Shown here in pieces: positions 48,600 through 59,299 of a DNA stretch of 64,000 nucleotides. Position 1 is the first letter of the stretch; each line of letters begins with the position of its first letter. The stretch comes from an uncultured Gammaproteobacteria bacterium. Its GTDB lineage: Bacteria; Pseudomonadota; Gammaproteobacteria; UBA9214. The notes beneath the pieces are model-generated. The model was not told where the DNA came from. It ran no database searches and worked only from the letters and a program-made list of their open reading frames with translations. The stretch spans positions 32,001 to 96,000 of the forward strand of contig CAWHCQ010000009.1 in assembly GCA_963827755.1 (NCBI GenBank), read 5' to 3'. A program made the position numbers and the translations under genes.

Positions 48600-49776
48600 T
48601 TATGACTGACCCGGCAGTGTCAGCGGGAATGCCCTGCCTTCCTCGACCAGCCGTGCCAGGCGCTGCTTGCCTTCTTCCACCGCATCGCGGATTTCTTCAG
48701 CATTCTGCGTACTCAGCTTGCGCATTTCCTCGATAATGATGCGCGAGTGTTCCTGGTAACTGACGACTGAATCAACCAGGCGCTTGACGGCATCGGCACG
48801 AATGGTCGGACCGTAGCCGGCCCTGATTGCCGCTTCCTGCACTTTGCCGCCGATATCAGCCAGGTCTTCAAGGCTCCTGCTGACACCCTCTTTCATCGCG
48901 TTCAGGGTCTCGGTGCTCTCGTGCAATCCAAACATACCGGTAAATGATGCACTCAAGGCGGTTAATACGGTTTCATTGGTGCCGAAGAAACTGATCGACT
49001 GCTGGTACACGCGTTCCTTGGCATTGGTGGTCTGGATGAGCCGTGCCATGACAACCTCGGAGGTGTTGTAGCCCACTGTCAGGTTATCGGAGAGATCCTT
49101 GCTGATCTGGTAACGCTTGTCGGCCGTCTGTACATCACGCATGCGCTCATCGCGCGTCAGTTCCAGGCGTGCACGATCGGCGGCATCTTCACCTTTATAC
49201 TCGCCCAAAACGTCCATCGAAGCCTGCAGCTCGGCCTTGGCGGCATCCAGTTTGTCCTGGGCGATTTTCAGGACTTCCAGCGCCAGCACCTCGGACTCTT
49301 TCAGGGCGCCGCGGAAATCCTGGTAGGCGGTAAGTATCAGGTGTTCGCGCTGGATCTGGTCTTTGGAATCTTCTGCAACTTCCAGGTACACCTTTTTGAT
49401 TTTATCGAAGCGGCCGGAGATGTCGCCGCGGCTCACCTTCATCCAGACATTCTGTACGCGTTCCCAGGTATTGACCTTGCCGTCTTCCAGTTGTTCGACC
49501 ATCCCCTTGGCATCTTCGCGAATGCTGTTGAATGATTTGATGATGTCTTCATAGCGTTCGCCGATCTGCATGGCGCTGACCTGTTCGCGGACGACTTCAT
49601 TGAATAACGAAGCCTGGTTCAGTGTCATGGCGATCGCCACGACCTTGTCTTCATCCAGATCGGTAATCTGATTCAGCAACGCGATAACGGGGGCTTCCTG
49701 TGCTGTCCGCCGGCATCAGGTCAAGATCACGCAGCGAGTTGAGCGCTTTGTCGAGATATTTTAATGGTGTACTCAT
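48600..49776 (-). CDS. Helical 'cell surface protein' (TelA-like coiled coil), +1 frameshift near 49708
   Basis: ATG 49776 with RBS gives MSTPLKYLDKALNSLRDLDLMPA; continues TAQEAPVIALLNQITDLDEDK in the next frame. Confidence 0.7.
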
Positions 49777-49988
49777 GGGACATTCCTCACTGTTGTGGAT
49801 TGCAGACTAAAAAACTGACCGGGGCAAGCTGATGCTTTAGCCCGAGTGTAGTGCCTTCCGGCAGGAAAGGCGCCGGCTACAACTACAACTCTGGCCGGAA
49901 AATACAGCTAAATCAGAGGGGTCGGTGACAAAATCCGGTTATTCTCATTCGTGACCCTCCCCCTTTGATCATGGCATTACTCGAATTC

Positions 49989-50037
49989 TACCTGAAACCG
50001 GGATCGGACCCCGGCGCCTGAATGTTAAAGATTGTGA
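49989..50037 (+). repeat. 49-bp direct repeat, copy 2
   Basis: Matches 46146-46194. Confidence 0.9.
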
Positions 50038-50186
50038 CCATTGGAAAAAACCCGTGGATTCCGGCACCAAAAAGGTGGCGGATACAATTTTCAGACCTGA
50101 TCGGAAAATATATCCAGCCCCATTTTCTCCAAACACCTGCTACACTCGCCCTGTAATCTATAACGAATTCTGGAGAGGAACAACAC

Positions 50187-50624
50187 ATGGGATTATTCGA
50201 TTTTGCGAAAAATATCGGGGCGAAAGTTTTTGGTGACAAGGAACCCCCTGAAACTCAGGCCGACAAGATAAAGAGCCATATTGAAACCGACAATCCGGGT
50301 ATTACGGATCTTAAAGTCGCCGTTCACGAGGGTATCGTTTCACTCGGCGGTGAAGCCGCCTCCGGTGAAGCCCTGGAGAAGGCCGTTCTGCTGGCCGGCA
50401 ACGTCAAGGGCGTTGAAAAAGTCATGGCTGTCACAGTCAAGGCCGCGGATGAACCCAAGGTCGAATACTACGAAATCAAGTCCGGTGATTCGCTCTCGGC
50501 CATTGCCAAGAAATTCTATGGCGATGCGATGCAGTATCCGCGACTGTTCGAAGCAAACAGGGAAGTGATAAAGGACCCTGATAAAATTTACCCGGGGCAG
50601 AAAATACGGGTCCCGATGGACTGA
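50187..50624 (+). CDS. kbp: BON-LysM protein (YgaU/Kbp-like)
   Basis: MGLFDFAKNIGAK, GNVKGV, YEIKSGDSLSAIAK..IYPGQKIRVP. Confidence 0.88.
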   Translation: MGLFDFAKNIGAKVFGDKEPPETQADKIKSHIETDNPGITDLKVAVHEGIVSLGGEAASGEALEKAVLLAGNVKGVEKVMAVTVKAADEPKVEYYEIKSGDSLSAIAKKFYGDAMQYPRLFEANREVIKDPDKIYPGQKIRVPMD

Positions 50625-50680
50625 TTTGCACAGGGGGCGGAGGAATAATAATTTATTTCCTCCCCCCCTTTTGCAACAGG

Positions 50681-51346
50681 CTACGAGCGTCTGCGTCCCG
50701 GCCGGGGTGAACGCATCCACGGTGGTGGCGCACCACCCGGCCCTGCCATCGGTGACCCGGGCGGCGGCATCCGCTGTCCGGTTGGCATATTCCACGGCGG
50801 TGGCGGTGGCTTTCGACCAGGGGGACTAGCCGCGACCGCCTGGTTCCAGGCCGCCTTTCGCCAGCCCTGCATGTGCAGGAACGCATCGAATTCCTGCTGT
50901 TGATGTTGATCGAAGCGCTGCTTCTCCTGCTGCTGATAAGCCGAAAACTTCTCCAGGTCACCACGCTGCTTCAGATCCAGCCCGTTGTGCTCCTGCTTCT
51001 GATGGGCACGGAAGGCTGCCCAGTCCTGCTTCCACCACGCCTCGTCGAGATCATCCTCATCCAGCTCAGGTGTCTTTTCGATGGTTGGCGGTGCCGCCTC
51101 CGTGGCGGCCTGGCCTGCCGGGCCTGCCTGGCCTGACTGCGAAGTGGGTGTACTGCTTTCCGCCTGCGGGGTTCCCGGCAGTGGTGCGTTCAAAATGTCC
51201 TTGACGCGCTCAAGCAGGGAATCATCGTCATCCTCCTCAGGCGAGGATTGCGTTTGTTTCGAAGCCGGTGCCTTTGCTCCGGGCAGGGGTGCATTCAGAA
51301 TTTCACCCAGCTTGTCAAAAAATCCTTTGTCTTCTTGCTGTGCCAT
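50681..51346 (-). CDS. Hypothetical low-complexity protein
   Basis: RBS AAGGAG; ILNAPLPG motif twice, Q-rich helix, Pro-rich tail. Confidence 0.7.
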   Translation of the reverse strand: MAQQEDKGFFDKLGEILNAPLPGAKAPASKQTQSSPEEDDDDSLLERVKDILNAPLPGTPQAESSTPTSQSGQAGPAGQAATEAAPPTIEKTPELDEDDLDEAWWKQDWAAFRAHQKQEHNGLDLKQRGDLEKFSAYQQQEKQRFDQHQQQEFDAFLHMQGWRKAAWNQAVAASPPGRKPPPPPWNMPTGQRMPPPGSPMAGPGGAPPPWMRSPRPGRRRS

Positions 51347-51363
51347 CTTCAACTCCTTTACTG

Positions 51364-51633
51364 TCAGCGCTGTACCTTGATGAACTTCGACAACCAGACG
51401 AGGAGCAATGCGCCTGCCAGCGCTGCCACGCAGGTAACGATCAGCCCGCCAACCGTGCCGCCGCCGCCAATACCAAGCAAGGCCAGAGCGTAACCGCCGA
51501 CGACGCCACCGGCTATGCCGAGAATCATATCGCCAATCTTGCCAAAGGGAGGTGTGCCACCAATGAAACTTCTTGCAATCAACCCGGCGACAGCGCCGAT
51601 CGCCAACCAAACCAACAAAGACCATGCAGGCAT
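51364..51633 (-). CDS. GlsB/YeaQ/YmgE family stress-response membrane protein
   Basis: IGAVAGLIA..ILGIAGGVVGG..AGALLLVW. Confidence 0.85.
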   Translation of the reverse strand: MPAWSLLVWLAIGAVAGLIARSFIGGTPPFGKIGDMILGIAGGVVGGYALALLGIGGGGTVGGLIVTCVAALAGALLLVWLSKFIKVQR

Positions 51634-51861
51634 ATCCAGTACTCCTTTCCAGTCATGTCAATCCTGAAGCCAGGATTGATCAAGGGGGGGCGTATTATCA
51701 CTACTCATGGACTGGTAATTCAAGAGCCCGGAGAGCGTTTACTTTAAAAACAGGCAGTAAATGTGCCCTGACAACCTTTTCCCTGTACAGGCATTCTGCA
51801 GATGGCCATGCCAGGAACCCCTGATTAATTTGTGAATCACGGTATTCAGTTCCTGTACTAC

Positions 51862-51933
51862 CGCAGGGTGCGTTTTACGCACCATGAATTAACGGCCTGC
51901 GCGTGCTCATCGGTGCGTAAAATGCACCCTACA
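51862..51933. repeat. REP doublet (AGGGTGCG..CGCACC)
   Basis: Inverted pair; related singlets at ~7603 and ~53692. Confidence 0.7.
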
Positions 51934-51950
51934 AGGGTTCATGAAATAAA

Positions 51951-52331
51951 TCAGAAAAATTCAACATCACGTTCGCTCACCACATGAAGATGAGTCTTGC
52001 TATCGGTATATCCCGAAGCAGCAAAGGCCTGTTCAGCCAGACCGCGCAGCTCATCAGGACGGGAAGCAACAAGCACCAGCCGGAATCGATTAAACTTTTT
52101 TTTATCACGCTCCTCAACGCCGCGCTCCAGCGCCGAGGTGATCACTCCCTGAATATCGGGTTCACTATCCGTGGTAATAATGTAGATCAACAATCGGCCA
52201 CCAATACTGACTTTTCTTTCCGAAGCGCCCGCTCTTCCTTCCTGGCAGTCAATTTTTTCAAACACTTCTTCCGGACACGAACAGCCAAGTGTTTCCTGAA
52301 CAAAACGTTTGATTTCCGGATTTTTTTGCAT
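51951..52331 (-). CDS. Hypothetical protein
   Basis: TLGCSCPEEVF..FNRFRLVL..HLHVV; RBS GAGG. Confidence 0.7.
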   Translation of the reverse strand: MQKNPEIKRFVQETLGCSCPEEVFEKIDCQEGRAGASERKVSIGGRLLIYIITTDSEPDIQGVITSALERGVEERDKKKFNRFRLVLVASRPDELRGLAEQAFAASGYTDSKTHLHVVSERDVEFF

Positions 52332-52365
52332 GGATACCTCAAGACCCCACAGCACCTACCGGTAC

Positions 52366-52635
52366 TTATTTCAGGGTGCCCTGTACCGTCCCGTCCGGGT
52401 TCAGCCCGCAATCCAGCGTCACCACCTCGACTCCATCCATGATCTTGATGGTGAGTCGATCCTCCGCGAGTTTCTCGATTCCTTCATACTGGGTTCCCGG
52501 AGGAAGTGATGCACGCATGCTCTCAAAGCAATCGATTCCCAGCTTGGGATCGACACCCGGGGCGGAGCGCTGTTGATCACAAGAGGAAAGAAGTGCCGTT
52601 ACGGCAAGGAAAACAGTCGTGGTGAGGGTTCGCAT
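52366..52635 (-). CDS. Small lipoprotein
   Basis: Lipobox LSSC; RBS GGGAG. Confidence 0.65.
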   Translation of the reverse strand: MRTLTTTVFLAVTALLSSCDQQRSAPGVDPKLGIDCFESMRASLPPGTQYEGIEKLAEDRLTIKIMDGVEVVTLDCGLNPDGTVQGTLK

Positions 52636-52657
52636 GCTCGGAGTCTCCCGTCTTATT

Positions 52658-52717
52658 AAATGGTGTCAGAGCACATTTGTTGCCTATATTAGAGTTAAAT
52701 GTGCTCTGACACCATTA
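52658..52717 (+). repeat. Hairpin element family A (near-perfect copy)
   Basis: ATGGTGTCAGAGCACATTT-GTTGCCTATATTAGAGTT-AAATGTGCTCTGACACCAT. Confidence 0.9.
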
Positions 52718-52786
52718 TATGCAATTCACCCGTCACGCCCCATTCTTGTCATTCCATTACGCTGCCTGACAGCGTATAAAGCGCCC

Positions 52787-53644
52787 ATGAAAGTACCTAA
52801 ACGATTGAAACCACTGGTCGAAGACGGCCTGATCGACGAGATTCTCTTCCAGTTGATGAGTGGTAAAGAAGCACAGGTCTATGTGGTTCGCTGTGGCGCA
52901 GAGATACGCTGCGCCAAGGTTTATAAAGCCGCTAACCAGCGCAGCTTCAAACAAGCCGTGCAGTATCAGGAAGGGCGCAAGGTTAAAAACAGCCGCCAGG
53001 CCCGCGCCATGGGGAAACGCAGCCGTTACGGACAAAGAGAATCAGAACAAGCCTGGGTCAGCGCAGAAGTCGATGCGCTCTATTGTTTGGCCGCTGCCGG
53101 TGTGCGCGTGCCCACCCCCTATGGCTTTGTTGATGGCGTACTGTTGATGGAACTGATAACCGACGACGACGGCATCGCCGCGCCGAGACTCAATGACCTG
53201 ACCCTGACCAGCACGCAGGCACGTGAGTATCACAAGCGAATAATTGCAGAAATAGTGCGCATGCTCTGCTCGGGTCTTGTCCATGGCGACTTATCGCCGT
53301 TCAACGTGTTAGTTGATAAGGAAGGGCCAGTCATTATCGATCTTCCACAAGCAGTCAATGCCGCAGGCAATAACAGCGCGGGCACGATGCTGGAGCGGGA
53401 TGTTGACAATATGGCAATATATTTCGGCCGTTTTGCCCCGGAGTTACTGAAAACCGACTACGGCAAGGAAATTTGGGGACTGTATGAAAGCGGCAATCTC
53501 CAGCACGACACACCACTTAGCGGGCACTTTGCGCGCAGCACGGTGGATGTCGATGTGGCAGAAGTCCTGCAGGTGATTGACGACGCCCGTGAACAGGAAG
53601 CCGAACGGCGCCAACGGGAACTGGCTGCACGGGAAGACAATTAA
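52787..53644 (+). CDS. RIO1-like Ser/Thr kinase (PA4780 family)
   Basis: MSGKEA, CAKVYK, VHGDLSPFN, IIDLPQAV. Confidence 0.92.
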   Translation: MKVPKRLKPLVEDGLIDEILFQLMSGKEAQVYVVRCGAEIRCAKVYKAANQRSFKQAVQYQEGRKVKNSRQARAMGKRSRYGQRESEQAWVSAEVDALYCLAAAGVRVPTPYGFVDGVLLMELITDDDGIAAPRLNDLTLTSTQAREYHKRIIAEIVRMLCSGLVHGDLSPFNVLVDKEGPVIIDLPQAVNAAGNNSAGTMLERDVDNMAIYFGRFAPELLKTDYGKEIWGLYESGNLQHDTPLSGHFARSTVDVDVAEVLQVIDDAREQEAERRQRELAAREDN

Positions 53645-53724
53645 AGAAAGAATAAAGGGTTTAATGCCTCCGGCCCTTTTTTTGACTGGGTTCAGGGTGC
53701 GTTCTACGCACCATGACACCCCCG

Positions 53725-55354
53725 TCATTCATACCCCCCCTCCGTCCCCAACCGCACATCCTCCACCGCCCCACCCACCGTGAAATGATAAATATCCTGA
53801 AACCCCCACCCCGACAAGCCAAGCACCTCGTGCATCGGATCATCAAAGAAACACCCGATCCCCGTACTGCGGATCCCGGCCGCCTCGGCCTCGAGGTACA
53901 GCAACTGACCGATCATCCCGGCCTCCCAGTAAAGCCGCGGATAAAACCACGGCCCATACCGTTGCAGCGGCCCCTCGAACGCCGCCAGCATCGCCAGACT
54001 GAAACACCCGTCACTGGCAATCGCCTGTCGACAGGAAATCTCCCGGGCCGCCGCGCGGGTATCCCGCTCCATCAGGCAATACAGCGGCAACTGTTCCGGG
54101 CAGCCCGGCGGCTTCTCCCACGGGTCGGCCTCGGTGAGCGCCTGCTCGAGCACCGCCCGCTGCACCGGGTCGCGCACCAGCAGGTACAGGCCCGGGGGCA
54201 CATCGTCCACGCGGTGCACCATCAGCGCCAGGTGCAGCGCCGACGTCCAGGGCAGCGTGTTAAACGGTACCGCACCGGGCACCGCCAGGGTCCGGTCCAG
54301 CATGCGATAAAAATCCATCGCTGACAGGCGCGTCTCCCCGTCCATCGCAACAGCACTGCGCCGCTGACGAATCATGCGGCGCAAAGAAACAGAACGCGGC
54401 GCCGGCAAAAAAGACTGCGGCGGCTGTACAAACGACTCATACGCACACACCCCATGCGGCTTGCGCAGCTGAACGGGCGAAGTCCTCGAGTCCCCAGTCA
54501 ACATGGTCCGCACTCAAGCGGTTCGGTTGCCCCTGCCAGTCCAGTGACTCAAAGGACTGACAAACCGCCGCAGACAACACCGGCAAGGTCACCGCAGCGG
54601 GCCCCGGCAGACAGGCAATCAGCATATCCGGCTCCTCCGCTTCACTCTCGTGCGCCTGCGAGGTCCCCAGCAACCGGGCCAGCTCATCCGTGCCGGGTTC
54701 ATCCAGCAGGCGCGTCTGCCAGCCAAGACCGGCGGCCGCCACGCTGAGCGCACCCAGCGCGTGCCCGGCATCGTGCATGCAATAGCGGTAGGCCCGCCGG
54801 CCATACTTCCAGGCCTCGCGCCAGTAGATCGAGGTCAGCCCGATGAAAAACGTCTCCGCGGGAAAGCCGCTGCACAATCGGTTCCAGCGTTCGCGATCAA
54901 ACACCGCGCGCACTTCCAGGCCGTGCGCCTGCGCGGTGTAATGGCCGACCATGGGTTGCTCACACAAACCCTCGATGGGCCCGCACACCAGGTAGCCTTC
55001 CGTCGGGTGGAGGTTGCCGCTGGAGGCATTGACGCGCAACGCCCAGCGCGCCGCACCCGCGGTCTTCCAGGCGGACAGCGACAGGCTGTCGTAGAACAGC
55101 TGTGAAATGGATTGAAGATTCACCGGCGCCGCAACCGGCAGGCACCCCGGCGTAAAGACCGCATCAAAGCCGGGTTCATCGGTCGGTGCGACTTTGTCCA
55201 GCGCAATCAAGCGCGCCCCCGCATAGCGGCGAAACGGATCCGGCTGGTTGGCCCAGTCCAGCCCGTCCGGCCCGCTGGCGAAGCGCTCGAAGCGATGCTT
55301 GGTCGCCTGGTGATAGGCAAACACGGCCTGCAAGCGATCAGTTAATGCGGACAT
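53725..55354 (-). CDS. SagB/ThcOx-family two-domain nitroreductase, +1 frameshift near 54477
   Basis: YHQATKH, SSGNLHPTEGY, REAWKYG; then RQRRSAV, GIGCFFDD in the second frame. Confidence 0.85.
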
Positions 55355-55440
55355 CACAAGGCTCCCTCGCCCGGATCCGGCCCCTTTTTTTGTGAGCTGC
55401 CGAACACCCCGCCTGGATTATCCCGCTGTCAGACCCCGTA

Positions 55441-57013
55441 TTACCAGAAGGCCACTACCAGCCACAGGGTCAACAGCAGCAGTACCACGGCCTGGGCGCG
55501 ATAATCCGTCCACCACGGGCCCGGTACGGTGCGCGCCAGGATCTCCGGCCGGTAGGTGAACCGGGCAACCTGCTGCGGTGATGGTGGCGCCGTTAGCCTC
55601 CCGGTCACCCAGAACAGCACGCTGCTGGCAGCAAAGATCAGGCCCGCGATCAGGGTGAAGTGCAACTCCAGCCAGCCCGTCAACGTGGCGACAAAACACA
55701 GCGCCGAGACGGCGTGTCCGCCCAGCAATGTTGCCAGCGCGGCGCCCGCACCCGCACGTGGCCAGAACAGTCCAAACAGAAAGATCACCACCACCGGCGG
55801 CACCAGGAACGCCAGCGCGGTCTGCAGGTAATGGAACAGGCCCTCGAAGCCGCCGATGAGTGGCGCGACCAGCGCAGACAACAGCATAAACACCACGATG
55901 GCGGTGCGTCCGATCCAGACCGTCCGGCGCGGCGTCAAGCTGCGGCCACATCGGTTTGACGAAATCCAGTGTCACCAGGGCGGCGGCCGAATTCAGCGTC
56001 GAGTCGATACTGGACATCAGCGCCGCAACCAGTGCCGCGAGCACCAGCCCGGCCAGGCCCGGCGGCAACAGCGTGCTGATCAGCGCAGGAAACACCTGGT
56101 CTCCCTGTTCCAGGCCGGGCATAAAAACGCTGGCCATCACACCCGGCAACACCATCAGGAACAGCACCGGCAGCTTCAGCAGACCGGCGAACAATGCACC
56201 GCGACGGGCATGGGCGATGCTGCGGGCTCCCAGCACCCGTTGCACAATGAACTGGTTGGTACACCAGAAATAAAATCCCAGTATCGGCACCCCCACCAGC
56301 GTACCCAGCCACGGCAGGTTCTCATCCGCAAGCGGTAACATCAGCGACAGGTGCGAGGGCGGGGTCTGCGCCACCAGCTGTGCCCAGGAAAAATCCAGTT
56401 GCGCAAACGCGAGTACCGCGACCACCGAGGATCCGGCCAGCAGGATCACCGCCTGCAGGACATCGGTATAGACCACCGCGGCAAGACCACCGGCTGCCGT
56501 GTAGAGTCCGGCAATAACCGCCAGCAGCAGCGCCGCAGTGAACAGGTCCAGCCCCGGCATGAACACGGTGAGCACGATGGCGCCGGCAAACAGCGTACCC
56601 GCGGTGTCTACCACGATATTTGCGACGATGGTCAGCAGGGAAAAATAGCGGCGCACATGGCGGTCATAGCGGTATTCAAGAAACTCCGGGACCGTGCCAA
56701 TGCGCGCATTCAGATAGAGCGGCACCAGGAACAGCGCAAACACCACCAGGATCGGGGCTGCCATCCATTCGTAATTGGCCACGGCAATACCCCAGGTATA
56801 GGCCGCGCCGGTCAGGCCGATCATTGTGGTGCTGGAGATGTTCGAGGCAAACAGCGACAGGCCAATCGGCAGCCAGCCCAGCCGTCGCCCGGCCAGGAAC
56901 AGGTCCTCGGCGCTGTGGGTACGCCGCGCCATGCGAAATCCGATGGCAAATACCACCAGGAAGTAGAGGACAACGATCACGAGATCAACCGTGCTCAGTG
57001 ATATATCCTGCAT
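55441..57013 (-). CDS. Sodium:solute symporter (SGLT-like), +1 frameshift near 55938
   Basis: FLAGR, SLFASNI, YTDVLQ, NQFIVQR, ALMSS; C-terminal TMs lie in ORF 55441-55938. Confidence 0.88.
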
Positions 57014-57113
57014 GTATACGGACCGCCCCCGGCTAACGAAACAAAGACGACACGGAGATTAACGCGCGCAAGTCAGGTTTCATAGTCGCCCTTTTCCACC
57101 AGGGAATATAACC

Positions 57114-57178
57114 AATAATGGCCCCGGAACACATTCTTCACTTGTATTAGAATCAAACGTGCGCTGACACCCTTTTAT
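57114..57178 (+). repeat. Hairpin element family A (degenerate copy)
   Basis: ..GAACACATTCTTCACTTGTATTAGAATCAAACGTGCGCTGACACCC. Confidence 0.65.
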
Positions 57179-57195
57179 TCCGAACAGAGGCAGAA

Positions 57196-58092
57196 ATGAA
57201 TATCAATCAATCAAGTGAATACGAAATCAAGGATGAGCTCAATTTTGTCGAGACCGAACATGGATTTACCTATATCGAGATCAACAATGCCCTGGCCCAT
57301 GCCACGCTATCGACCTATTCAGGCCAGCTTCTGTCCTACCGGCCAACAAGCCAGAAGAACGATTTGCTGTTTCTCAGTGACAAGGCCTACTACCAGGACG
57401 GCAAGGCGATAAAAGGCGGTATTCCGGTTTGCTGGCCCTGGTTCGGTCCTGATCCGGATCACCTCGGAAGGCCCGCACACGGTTTTGTGCGCACCCGTCA
57501 ATGGGAAGTTAACGCCAGCGAGTCCCTGGCGGATGGCTCGACAAAGGTTGTACTGGGCCTGGCTGATACGGATGAAACACGCAATATCTGGCCGCACCCG
57601 TTCAAACTGAATATCGAAATCAGCGTCGGTGATTCACTCAAGGTCGCGCTTGTTACACACAATAGCGGTGAAGAACGCATCACTATCAGCCAGGCACTGC
57701 ACACCTATTTCCAGGTTGGTGATATCAGCAAGGTCACGGTGCTGGGTCTTGAGGGCAGTGAATACCTGGATAAAGTGGACGGCTCCGCCTGGAAAACGCA
57801 ATCCGGTCCGGTCACCATCAATGGCGAAGTCGACCGCATCTACACGGACGTCAGCGGTGAACTGGTGATCGATGATGAATCGCTTGCTCGCAAGATCCGG
57901 ATCCTCTCCAGAGGGTGCAGCACAGCCGTGGTATGGAATCCATGGATCGAAGGTGCCGCGTCCATGGCTGATCTCGGGGACGAGGACTACAGAAAAATGC
58001 TCTGTGTTGAAACCGCCAATGCCGGCCCGGAGACGATAGAAATTGACGCAGGTGGCAAGTATCGTCTCGAAGCGGAGTATACGATCGAGTAG
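57196..58092 (+). CDS. D-hexose-6-phosphate mutarotase (YeaD-like)
   Basis: AIKGGIPVCWPWFG, HGFVR, ALHTYF, VVWNPW, LCVE. Confidence 0.92.
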   Translation: MNINQSSEYEIKDELNFVETEHGFTYIEINNALAHATLSTYSGQLLSYRPTSQKNDLLFLSDKAYYQDGKAIKGGIPVCWPWFGPDPDHLGRPAHGFVRTRQWEVNASESLADGSTKVVLGLADTDETRNIWPHPFKLNIEISVGDSLKVALVTHNSGEERITISQALHTYFQVGDISKVTVLGLEGSEYLDKVDGSAWKTQSGPVTINGEVDRIYTDVSGELVIDDESLARKIRILSRGCSTAVVWNPWIEGAASMADLGDEDYRKMLCVETANAGPETIEIDAGGKYRLEAEYTIE

Positions 58093-58196
58093 TAATAAAA
58101 GAGGCCGGATACGAATGGCACTTGCCTGAGCTTAAATCCGATGTCATCCCGGCCAAGGCCCACTGTCTGTCCGGCATAATAGAGGAGCGTTAAAAG

Positions 58197-58254
58197 AAAT
58201 GGTGCCAGAGCACATTTTTGCCTAATATTAGAAATAATTGTGCTCTGACACGAA
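58197..58254 (+). repeat. Hairpin element family A
   Basis: GGTGCCAGAGCACATTT..TATTAGAAATAATTGTGCTCTGACAC. Confidence 0.8.
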
Positions 58255-58330
58255 TGGCAATGCTAGTGAGCTTAACCTGGCGCCATGCTTGCAATCTGGA
58301 CGGCGTTCGGTACTATCGAACTTCACTTGA

Positions 58331-59254
58331 ACAGTAAGCGGCACGGTGGTCAGCAAGACCGGGGATACCCTGACCATGAAGACAGACTTTGCCGGCGAGA
58401 TCAAGATTGCCTGGGACAAGGTCATCAGCGTGTCTACCGTGGCACCGGTGGTGGTGCAGCTGGATGATGCGACCGTGCTAAAGGGGACGCTGGCCCGTTC
58501 CGGTGACGGCAGTGTCGGTATCCAGGGCAGTGAGCTGGTGCAGGCCGAACAGGTACCCGTGGCGCGGGTCGCACTGATCAATCCGCCGGTGCCGGAGAAC
58601 GGTGTCAAGCTGAGCGGGCGTGCCAATGCCGGTTTCTACATTGCCAAGGGCAACACCGACAAGGAGGCCTACCACGGCGACATCGAGAGCGTGTCGCGCA
58701 CCAAGCAGAACCGTTTCACGGCTGGCGCGATCTACAATCAGGCAAAGGATAACGACATAGAGAGTGAGAACAATGCCACGGCCTACCTGAAGTACGACCA
58801 TTTCCTCACCGAGAAGTGGTACACCTATGCCAATACGCTGCTGTTCAAGGACGACTTCGCGGACCTGAACCTGCGCACCACGCTGGGCCTGGGTGCCGGC
58901 TACCAGTTTTTCGAGTCGGAGCGGACCAACCTGTCGCTGGAGGGTGGCCTGTCCTACGTGAACGAGGACTTCGAACAGGCGGAGGATGACAGCTATCCGG
59001 CGGCGCGCTGGTCGCTCAACTACGACCACTTCCTCTATCCGAAAAGGCTGCAGTTCTTCCACTTCCATGAAGGCCTGCTGGGACTGCAGGATACCAAGGA
59101 CATCATCATTTTCACGCGCACCGGTTTACGCGCCAGTCTGATCGAAAGTTTCATTGCCACGGCAGAGGTCGATGTCGACTGGGACAACACCCCGTCACCG
59201 GGCAACGACCGGGTCGATACGCGCTACCTGTTTAACCTCGGTTACGGTTGGTAG
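58331..59254 (+). pseudogene. DUF481 outer-membrane beta-barrel, 5'-truncated
   Basis: GNTDK, YDHFL, LGAGYQF, C-terminal LGYGW. An in-frame TGA sits just before ..VSGTVVSKTGD, and there is no signal peptide. Confidence 0.65.
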
Positions 59255-59299
59255 CGATTGATCCATGATCGATAGGGTCAGACTCACGGTTGATCATTG

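Noticed and set aside
52619-52786. N-terminal extensions containing VKCALTP in several ORFs (28058, 40603, 52619, 60961)
   Set aside because: These are family A elements read through by the ORF caller; better starts lie downstream.
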